39,668 bases of DNA from Thermoflexibacter sp. (GTDB lineage Bacteria; Bacteroidota; Bacteroidia; Cytophagales; Thermoflexibacteraceae). Numbering within the stretch: position 1 is the first letter of the stretch; every line of letters starts with the position of its first letter. The notes beneath the pieces are model-generated. The model did no database searches. It saw only the letters and a list, made by a program, of their open reading frames with translations, and was not told the DNA's origin. Below are positions 17,148-25,800 of this stretch, piece by piece. The DNA is taken from contig JALOMS010000002.1 of NCBI GenBank assembly GCA_025455345.1, forward strand, positions 1 through 39,668, in the 5' to 3' direction. The position numbers and the translations under genes were made by a program.

Positions 17148-20100
17148 TTACTCCCTATACCACTTTATAAAACTCACCAAATCATTCATGTCCTTGGGCG
17201 TGATAGACTGCTCGAAGCCTGCGGGCATGATAGACGTATTGGAGGCGGATAGTTTGGCGATTTCACTTCGTGGAATGACCGTTTCGCTCCCTGCCAAGTC
17301 TTTCAGCGTAATTGCTGTTGCGGTTTCAGTGCTGATGATTCCGTAGCTTTTTTCACCATTTTTCTTTTCTATTGTCCAGTATTCGTAACCATCTGCAATA
17401 GAGTTACTTGGGAGCAAGACTTCTAAGGCAATGGAAAGCGGTTGCCTATTTCGCAGTGTCCCCAAGTCAGGGGCAATGTTTTTTCCTAACTTTCCATTGA
17501 TTTGATGACACTGGGCGCAGTAGGTATTGTAAATCTTCAAACCATTGGTTTCATTGCCTTTTTCAGCAAAAGCAGATTTGTACTTTTCTAAGATTTGCGC
17601 TTTGTCTGTTTCGTTTACTGCCAAGATTTTTCTTGCTTTCTGCCGAATTTCCATGTCGTCATTATTCATAAGGCGCACCTGATTGTGCCAAGCAATCGCG
17701 GTACTTGGAATCTGCTTTTTTTCCAATGCAGTAAGTAAAAATTGAGTTCTTTCTTTACTTTTCATAAAAACGCCAATTGCCTCGTCCTTGATTTCAGGGG
17801 TGAAATTAGCCCATTCTTTGAGTAAAAAGCTACAAACTTGCGTGCCTTTGGTCTTATTCAAGGCTTGCATTGCTATTTTTTGAATGTCAATAGAACTTTG
17901 TGGTGTAATCACTTCTTGAATTTGGGAGGCGTACTTTTCAGGTTGGTAGAGTGCCAATACCCTAATCGCACTTGCTTTGGAGGTTTCATCTGTTTTTTTA
18001 TCATTTAAAGCACTTAAAGCATTGGTAATGAAATATTTTGCTATATTTTCTTGTGGTAATCCTATCACTTCCAAGAGTTTTGCACTTGCATTTTGCAGTT
18101 CAGGTACTTTACTTTGAGCAAGATTCACTAATAGTATTTTTCTAATATTCTCCATTGTATTCATCATTCCCAATTCCCGATTTTCAGATTTTGTACTCAT
18201 TCCAGATTCCAAATCCCACACCTGCGAAGCCTTCACTATTCCCTCTAAACTTGCCGCTTGCCACCACGCACTTTCTGGATTTGGGTTTTGCAAGATTTTC
18301 CCAATTAAAGTGCTGATTTTCTGCTTGTCTTCACTCAACCCAATCAGTCCACACACATTCGCAAAAAACAAACCCTTGCCTTCCGTAGGGTTTTTTGTCA
18401 AGTTTTTTACGGCAAAATCAAAAACTTCCATTTCCCTGCCTTGTGAAGCAGAAAGTGCGGCATAGTGTACCCATTTGTCCTCTATATCTTTCAGTAAGAG
18501 TTCGTTGCGAACTGCCAAAGACTTCTCATCATTCAAAAAACCAAGCGTGCAGAGCAACTGATAGCGCACCTTGGGGGAAGGGTCATTTTTTAAGTTGTCT
18601 AAATCCAATATTTTGTGAATCATATTTGGGCTAACATCTCCACTTGCCTTACCCTCTCCTGTGGGGAGGGCTGGGTGGGGCAAGAGCATTTCCACTATCT
18701 TAATTGCATTTTCTCTTACTCCTGCATTTTCATTTTTCAGTGCTAACGTCAGAGGTTGTTCATCTGATTGTAATTTCCCAAAACCTTGTAAAGTCCAAAG
18801 CGCGTGAACCACGCTTTCAGGAGATTCATTTTCTTTCACTATTTCCTTCAATAAAGGGATAATTTCAGGATTCTTTCTGTCCAATAAAAGGCGTTGTGCG
18901 GTACGCCTGTACCAAATATTAGGGCTTTTTAAGAAGCTAACTAATTCTTTATCTTCTACCTTTATCTTTGACAAAGTTTCAAACTTTGTCAAAGGTGAGT
19001 TTTTCGGAAAAATCCTATAAATCCTTCCCTTGTCTGTCCCGTTGTAGAGTTTGCCAGATTTGCCTATGTCCTCCGCCATCCATTCGGGGTGTTCCACGAT
19101 TTGTCGGTAATAATCAAGCACATACAGCCCACCATCAGGCGCAACGTAAAAGTTCACAGGGCGAAACCATGCGTCTTTGGAGGCGAGAAATTCCTTTCGC
19201 TCAAAGGCACGACTTGCCGTAAAACTTGCACCATTGTCCTTGATAATATCGGCATGAACCAAGTTATGCACAGGCTCGGCAATGAAGGTCATATTTTTGT
19301 ACTTTTCTGGGAAAAGCCCACCCAAATACCACATCACCCCGCAGGAAGAAGTAACTACACCTACATCTGTAAGTAATTGATGTTCAGGATTTTGTGTAAT
19401 TGGATAAATTTCGCAAGCGTCCCCATGGTCGGGCATAGATTGGGTAGCGTCTGCCACTAAAAGGTCGGGATTCCTTCGCAAATAGCGGTCTGTAATCACC
19501 TCATGGAAAAGGTGGTGAGCATTGCTCGTGAGGATATGATGACCAAACTCGTCAAAAGTTTGCCCAAATTGCGTTTCGCCAGAAAGCATTTCCAACTCAT
19601 AAGTATCTGGTTTAAAGCGTACATTGCGACCATTGGCATTTTTAGGAAGTCTGATTTCGGGCTTGTCAGGGAAGTGGATTTCTGTACCCTCATCTCCAAA
19701 TTCATTTTTATACACATTGGGCGTGATAGAACTTTCATGCGCCAAATATACCCAACCGTCTAAGCCAAAGATAGGATTGTTCAGGTTGTGCTGTGGATTG
19801 GAGAGTGCAAAACCCGTGAGTAGGATTTTTTTTATATCCGCTTTGTCGTCATTGGTGGTATCTTCCAAGTATAGGACATGAGGAGGGTCAGTAACAATTA
19901 CGCCATTTTTCCACCGCATAATGCCCGTAGGTAGCACCAAACTATCTGCAAAAATAACACTTTGGTCGGGGTAGCCGTCTTGGTCTGTATCTTTGAGGAT
20001 TTTTACCTTGCCTGTTCCGCTTTTGTCCAAGGGGTAGCCGTGCATTTCCACCACATAGACTTTGCCATTTTCATCGACTTCCATCGCCACAGGGTCAGCG

Positions 20101-20273
20101 ATAAGAGGCTCTGCGGCAAAGAGTTCTATTTCAAAATCTTCGGCAATCTCGAAATCTGCCAATGCTTTTTGCAGTTCGGGCGTGAGCGTTCTTTTGGCTT
20201 GGGTTTGCGTGTTTTTATTTTCGCAAGCGAAACTAATCAAAATCAGAACTAAAAAGGTGATAATCAGGCGCAT
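17148..20273 (-). CDS. PVC-type heme-binding CxxCH lipoprotein (dehydrogenase-like beta-propeller, HEAT repeats, cytochrome c)
   Basis: Lipobox SFAC; FAAEPLIADPVAM; WFRPVN..PDG.LY..DYYR.I.EHPEW; HEAT-like middle region; C-terminal CAQCH with GKNIAPDL and SIMPAGFE. Confidence 0.92.
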   Translation of the reverse strand: MRLIITFLVLILISFACENKNTQTQAKRTLTPELQKALADFEIAEDFEIELFAAEPLIADPVAMEVDENGKVYVVEMHGYPLDKSGTGKVKILKDTDQDGYPDQSVIFADSLVLPTGIMRWKNGVIVTDPPHVLYLEDTTNDDKADIKKILLTGFALSNPQHNLNNPIFGLDGWVYLAHESSITPNVYKNEFGDEGTEIHFPDKPEIRLPKNANGRNVRFKPDTYELEMLSGETQFGQTFDEFGHHILTSNAHHLFHEVITDRYLRRNPDLLVADATQSMPDHGDACEIYPITQNPEHQLLTDVGVVTSSCGVMWYLGGLFPEKYKNMTFIAEPVHNLVHADIIKDNGASFTASRAFERKEFLASKDAWFRPVNFYVAPDGGLYVLDYYRQIVEHPEWMAEDIGKSGKLYNGTDKGRIYRIFPKNSPLTKFETLSKIKVEDKELVSFLKSPNIWYRRTAQRLLLDRKNPEIIPLLKEIVKENESPESVVHALWTLQGFGKLQSDEQPLTLALKNENAGVRENAIKIVEMLLPHPALPTGEGKASGDVSPNMIHKILDLDNLKNDPSPKVRYQLLCTLGFLNDEKSLAVRNELLLKDIEDKWVHYAALSASQGREMEVFDFAVKNLTKNPTEGKGLFFANVCGLIGLSEDKQKISTLIGKILQNPNPESAWWQAASLEGIVKASQVWDLESGMSTKSENRELGMMNTMENIRKILLVNLAQSKVPELQNASAKLLEVIGLPQENIAKYFITNALSALNDKKTDETSKASAIRVLALYQPEKYASQIQEVITPQSSIDIQKIAMQALNKTKGTQVCSFLLKEWANFTPEIKDEAIGVFMKSKERTQFLLTALEKKQIPSTAIAWHNQVRLMNNDDMEIRQKARKILAVNETDKAQILEKYKSAFAEKGNETNGLKIYNTYCAQCHQINGKLGKNIAPDLGTLRNRQPLSIALEVLLPSNSIADGYEYWTIEKKNGEKSYGIISTETATAITLKDLAGSETVIPRSEIAKLSASNTSIMPAGFEQSITPKDMNDLVSFIKWYRE

Positions 20274-20395
20274 GACTTAGTATAATTTGAGTGAGAGATA
20301 AGGTTTTCTAAATTTCCAAGTATTTCATTTAAAAAACAAGTTTTAAGAGTTTTGTTGTTGAAAAATCATAAAATTGCTATTTTCTACGAAATGAT

Positions 20396-20403
20396 TATAT
20401 TTG
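20396..20403 (+). promoter_or_regulatory. Bacteroidota promoter (-7 TATATTTG with TTG about 19 nt upstream)
   Basis: Exact TAnnTTTG with TTG at 20374-20376. It points toward the repeat element and the ATPase at 20842. Confidence 0.5.
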
Positions 20404-20428
20404 TTACTTGAAATTTCCAAATACATTC

Positions 20429-20676
20429 TAAGTATATCAGTAAAAATAAACGTTTTTTAAGTCCCATTAGGGACATGAGCTTTGTAGAAAATAAATTAAG
20501 TCCAGCATATAAGTCCCGTTAGGGACGCAATTAATAGGTTATCAATGTTTTGTGTCGTTCCTGTGGAACTTGTGAATTGTGCTGAAATTCCATTTTCTAC
20601 AAATATATCGTTTTCAATGGGGACTTCCTGTATGAGATTGTAATATAAAGAACTTTTTAAATTGTTGAATTACTTA
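20429..20676. mobile_element. 248-bp non-autonomous four-palindrome element (REP/MITE-like), copy A
   Basis: Hairpins at 20460 AGTCCCATTAGGGAC, 20512 AGTCCCGTTAGGGAC, 20557 GTTCCTGTGGAACT and 20610 (degenerate). Inverted boxes TTTGTAGAAAAT (20481) and ATTTTCTACAAA (20592). Ends TAAGTA..TACTTA. Confidence 0.65.
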
Positions 20677-20707
20677 GGGTGTGCAGAAATCTATCGTAGA
20701 GTTTAAC

Positions 20708-20780
20708 CTTTCGCCTCTACGAGGCTTAAAATGAAGGAGATTTTCTATACTTCTACCAATATTTAAGCCTTAATAGGCTT
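20708..20780. repeat. Right-half fragment of the same palindrome family
   Basis: GCCTCTACGAGGCT (20713), TTCTACCAATATT and AGCCTTAATAGGCT (20766). 20708-20726 is the exact reverse complement of 35055-35073. Confidence 0.65.
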
Positions 20781-20841
20781 CAAAATACACATTTATTTAA
20801 ACAAGCTATCTAATAAAAGATAAAATACGCTCAATAACACC

Positions 20842-22245
20842 ATGCTTTTCAAGATACAAAACTTAGGCGCAGTCAAAGAAGCAGAAATAGACCTCAGCAA
20901 AGACCTCATCTTGCTCTGTGGGCATAACAATACAGGTAAAACGTATGTGGCGTATGCAATGTATCGTTTTATCCAATTTTTAGCAGATTGGATTTCAGGA
21001 GGTGGTGAAAGTACAGACGAAACATTACCTAAATTTTTTAGTAAAAGAAAAAAGCAATATAAAATTAACTTAAAAGACTTTTTTGATAAAATTGATAAAG
21101 ATATTCTTTTCAACATTCTAAAAGGAGACTTAAATAATATAGATAAATTAAAATACTTTTGGAGTGTTTCACAAGAAAATCAACTATTTAATAATATTAA
21201 ATTTGATTTTAGCATTTCAAATGATGATGTTTATGCTAACATATTTGCAAAAAGTATCATACAAGAAAAAGTAGATATTGGTAATGCTTTTGTTGTTATT
21301 CTTATTAAAGAAGAAAATACTTATGATATATCATTGTTTATCAAAGTTTTGGATGTTAAAGAGTTTAAGAATGATTTAACTGAAAGGGAATATACCTCTT
21401 TTCTTCACTCTCTTATAGAAGAGGTTATTCTGAATCTAATAAGCAATAAACCTTATATATTTCCTGCTGAACGTTCTGCAACTAATATTTTCAGTACAGA
21501 GCTATCATTAATCCAACATAGAATTTGGATAGCAGCTCTAAAAGATAATCCTCTTATTGAATTAGCAAAAAGACGAGTAAACCGCTATCCTCAACCTATT
21601 CGTGATAGCTTAGAACTTTCCCAAGATTTGGAAACATTGGCTAAAACTACAAGCCCTTTTTCCTACTTAGCAGATGAGTTAGAGCAAGCCATTCTGAAAG
21701 GGAAAATCAGCGTAGGGCAGTACGGAGATTTGCGCTATTCCCCTGCGGAAAGTCCAGATTTGAAGTTAGAAATGCACGTCAGTTCGTCTTTGGTGAAGTC
21801 ATTAGCTTCCATTTCCTTCTACCTGCGCCACATTGCCCAAAAAGGGGATTGTATCATTATAGACGAGCCAGAACTTAACCTGCACCCTGACAATCAGATT
21901 TTGGTGGCTCGTTTCCTTGCCCGCTTGGTAAACGAAGGCTTCAAGGTCATTGCAAGTACGCATAGTGATTATATTATTCGGGAAATCAATAACTTAATCA
22001 TGCTTGGCAAAGAAGATGAAAAGGCAGTAGCGTTGAGAAAAAAATATGAATATAGTGAAAAAGAAGTGCTGAAATCAGAGCAGGTACAAGCATTACTATT
22101 CAAGAGAAAAAAAGGGGAGGAAAAAGTAGTTGCTGAAAATCTGACTGTGAGCGAAACAGGACTTGCGATTGAAACGATTGATGAAGTGATAGAAGATTTG
22201 GAAAATAGAACTGAAGACATTTATTTCAACCTTTTTGAGCAATGA
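20842..22245 (+). CDS. ABC-type AAA ATPase (AAA_15/AAA_21-like)
   Basis: Walker A CGHNNTGKT, FPAERS, degenerate signature SSSLVKSL, Walker B IIIDEPELNLHP and STHSD. Confidence 0.88.
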   Translation: MLFKIQNLGAVKEAEIDLSKDLILLCGHNNTGKTYVAYAMYRFIQFLADWISGGGESTDETLPKFFSKRKKQYKINLKDFFDKIDKDILFNILKGDLNNIDKLKYFWSVSQENQLFNNIKFDFSISNDDVYANIFAKSIIQEKVDIGNAFVVILIKEENTYDISLFIKVLDVKEFKNDLTEREYTSFLHSLIEEVILNLISNKPYIFPAERSATNIFSTELSLIQHRIWIAALKDNPLIELAKRRVNRYPQPIRDSLELSQDLETLAKTTSPFSYLADELEQAILKGKISVGQYGDLRYSPAESPDLKLEMHVSSSLVKSLASISFYLRHIAQKGDCIIIDEPELNLHPDNQILVARFLARLVNEGFKVIASTHSDYIIREINNLIMLGKEDEKAVALRKKYEYSEKEVLKSEQVQALLFKRKKGEEKVVAENLTVSETGLAIETIDEVIEDLENRTEDIYFNLFEQ

Positions 22246-22793
22246 TAAACTTTATAGACAAAATAAATCAAATTATTGACAATCAGTTTTTTACTCCTCA
22301 TGACAAAGGCACTCAAATTAATCTAAAAGGTTCTGGTGAGTGCAAAGAAATTCCTTTTGAAAAGGGTAACGTAAAAACACTAACAATTTCAGTAGATAAA
22401 GAAGGTTTTGATGGGCATCCTTTGTTGAAAACGATAAAAAACCTCAAAAAATATCCTGACTACATCATTTTTTGTCAAAAAGGAAATCAATTATTTGTTT
22501 TGGTAGCAGAATTAAAATCGACTAATTCAGACGATTGGCATAGACAAGCAAAAGCAGGTTTAGCTTTTGCCCAATATTTAGTAGGAATGTTAGAAAGTTT
22601 TGAAAAAAAAATATTTGATATTGAGTATCGCTGCCTTTTATTTCATACAAAGAAAGAAACAAGAAGTATGAAAAAAGGGAAAACAGAAAAAAAACAATTT
22701 AAGTATAGTAAACACCCTATTTTTAAATATCAATTTTCCGATAAACCTTGTAATGTAAAAACACCCTATTCTTTGGAGATATTTTTACGTTGA
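22242..22793 (+). CDS. Hypothetical protein, probable PD-(D/E)XK-type nuclease
   Basis: KYPDYIIF..VAELKS..RQ gives a PD..ExK..Q pattern; ATGA overlap with the ATPase stop. Confidence 0.6.
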   Translation: MINFIDKINQIIDNQFFTPHDKGTQINLKGSGECKEIPFEKGNVKTLTISVDKEGFDGHPLLKTIKNLKKYPDYIIFCQKGNQLFVLVAELKSTNSDDWHRQAKAGLAFAQYLVGMLESFEKKIFDIEYRCLLFHTKKETRSMKKGKTEKKQFKYSKHPIFKYQFSDKPCNVKTPYSLEIFLR

Positions 22794-22857
22794 AAAAATA
22801 AAAGAATGTTGGAAAACGAAAATCTATATTATAAATTATAAAATAAAAAAATGACTA

Positions 22858-25800
22858 TCAATTACTTGTAAATACATTTAGCCAGCCTTTACAGCTCTTT
22901 CCATCTGAAGAAGTAACCATGTAATAATATACACCAGCGATTCCTTCGCCTTTCCAATCGTTTTGATAATTATCACTTTGGTAAACGAGCTTCCCCCAAC
23001 GGTTATAAATTTCTATTTTCACCCCTAAAATGGGCGAATTAAAAATCAGTGTTTCATTTTTTCCATCTCCATTGGGTGTAATGACATTGGGGAAAATGAA
23101 TTCCTCTATTGCCACATTTTGAACGAATTGATTAGTACATCTTCCTTCTCTGGCGATTAAGGAGATTCTATAATTGCCATTTTGTGAATATTTGAATGGG
23201 GGAGGTTCCTGCCCTGTAAAAGTTTGTCCATTGCCTAAGTCCCAAAAGAAATTTGCCCTCGCTGGGCTTGTATTCACTAATCTTACTGTGGGAAAAGGAG
23301 CGCAAAAGTCTTCATAATTGACCGCGAAGCTTACGGTAGTGAGGTTGGCAACATTGACTAAGGTAGAAAGTTCTTGTACGCAACCTTCTCTGCGTGTTAT
23401 GCTTACAGTATATCGTGTGGTCTGCGTAGGGCTTGCGATGGGATTGGCGATATTAGGATTGCTCAAGCCTGTGGCAGGACTCCATCGGTAAGAAATTCCT
23501 CCCGTGGCGATTAATTGGAGGGTTTCGTTGTTACATAGCGTTGTATCTCTGTTTACAGAAGGCGTAATGTCAGGAATAATAGACACGGAAATCATTTGAG
23601 AAAAACGATTAGAGCAGGCTCCTCTCTGTGCGGTCAAAGAAATTTGATAATTACCACTTTGTTGATACCTTATTGGGGGAGGGTTTTGCCCTGTAAAAGT
23701 TTGTCCATTTCCAAAATCCCAAACGAAATTAGTAGCATCTGTACTTGTATTCGTTAGTCTAATCGTAGGAGAAGGAGCGCAGATGTCTTCTGTTCTGACA
23801 GAAAAATTGGCGATGGGGTTTGCTACACTTACAATAACAGAAGTATCTCTACGACAATTGTCGCGATTAATAATAGTTACAGTATATCTTGTCGTTTGTA
23901 TAGGCTGGGCAATAGGATTGGGAATGTTGGGGTTACTCAGACCTGTGGCTGGCTGCCAAAGATAAGAGTTCCCTCCCGTCGCATTCAATTGTAGGCTTTG
24001 TCCTCTACATATTATGGTATCTCTGGTGAGTGTTATCGGGGGGAGGTCAGCCTGAACCACTATGGATAAATCTTGCGTAGCAATATTGGTGCAATTCCCT
24101 GTTTTGGCTGTCAAAGAGATGCGATAATTCCCTGTACGTGTATATTTGAAAGGGGGTGGGGTTCTACCCAAAAAAGCCCTTCCATCACCCAAATCCCAAA
24201 TATACTCGGAGGCAGTTGGGCTTGTATTGTTTAGTCTAACCGTAGGGGAGTTATCGCAAAGATTATCTAATGTAAAATTAAAACTTGCCAAAGGATTTAC
24301 AATGGTAATAAGGATAGATGTATCTCTGGAGCAACCTTCGGCATTCGCCACTGTTACTGTATAACGTGTAGTTTGATTAGGTCGTGCCACTGGCGTAGCA
24401 ATGTTGGGGTTGTCTAAACCTTCTGCGGGACTCCAACGATAAATAGTTCCGCCTGTGGCTCTTAGTTGCAAAGCTCCTCCTCTACATATTATTGTATCTC
24501 TATTTACTGTGGGATTTGTAACTGCAAATACAGTAATGGTATCATAAGCAAACAAAGTCGCACAAGTCAATCTACTGCTCACTCTTTGCCTAACGACATA
24601 CCTTCCTGGTTGTGTAAAGGTATAAATAGGCTCACTTGTTTGAGTAACCAAAAGACCATTACCAATATTCCATTCTATTTCCTGAGCGTTTGCGCTTTGG
24701 TTTTGGAAACGAATACGCAAGGGAGCGCAACCTCTCCGTCTTTCTGCGCCCGTAGAGGCATCCAAAGGTCGTAAGCCTGCTCTCAAAATCTCAATATCTA
24801 TCTTAAATGCCGCATTATTACATCCTTCTGTATCTGAGGCTGTGGGAGCGGCATTATTTACTCGCGACCATACACCAGGGGTAGTAAAAAATCGGTTAGA
24901 GCGACATACACAAGCGGCATGATATACTACTCCTTTCTTGTCGAAACGGCACGTTCCTCCATCTATGTGGTCGCCTTCTCCACCAACTCCACCAAAAAAT
25001 GTCCCATACAATAGAGATTTGGCATCTTTTTCTAAAAGCATTAAGTGAAAATCTAATCCATCGGTAGTAGTCCTAATCGCATCTGCGGTAACAGGCAAAC
25101 CAACAGAAGAACTATTGGCAGGATAGCCTTGTTGCAAATTTCCTCCCCAGCCTGCGACATACAAGTTCCCACACTGATTGACCAAAAAGGCAGTCAAAGA
25201 CAAATCAGGAGAGCCGCGCCTTGCTCCTATAACCGTTGACCAGAAAGAGGTGCTAAGCGTAGGATTGAGTTTTTGGATAAATTGACCGCTATTGGGATTG
25301 TTATAAACTCCTTGACTAATAGGATATTGTCCACGGGTATTGCCAAGAATATAGACATTATCTTCTGTATCCAAATCTAAAAATAAGGCTTGGTCGTATT
25401 CTGATGTTCCTAAGTAAGAACCATCTAAAAAAGTACCGTTGGTTGTATATCGCACTACAAAACCATCAGAAGTGCCGCCCTGATAAGTCGGACGAAAGGC
25501 AGTCGCAGATGTGCGAATATTATTGCTGGTAGTACTTCCACAAACTAAAATTTCATTCTTTTTATTGATTTTTACTGAATATCCTACATCAAGCCCACTG
25601 CCACCCCAATAGGTACTCCAAAGTAAATTGTTTAATCCTTGACTAATTTTGATAAATACAGCATCTTGCAAACCTAATAAGTTGGTTTGTGTTGCCGTCT
25701 GCAAGGGGAAATTAGTTGAACGTGTAGTAGAGGCAATATAAACGTTATTTAGATTATCTACATTGACCTCACCTCTTAGCTCGTCCCCGTAGTTATGCAC

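Noticed and set aside
20429-20780. Possible CRISPR array from recurring AGTCCC.TTAGGGAC palindromes
   Set aside because: Only two near-identical direct copies exist and the rest are inverted and divergent. There is no regular repeat-spacer period and no cas gene.
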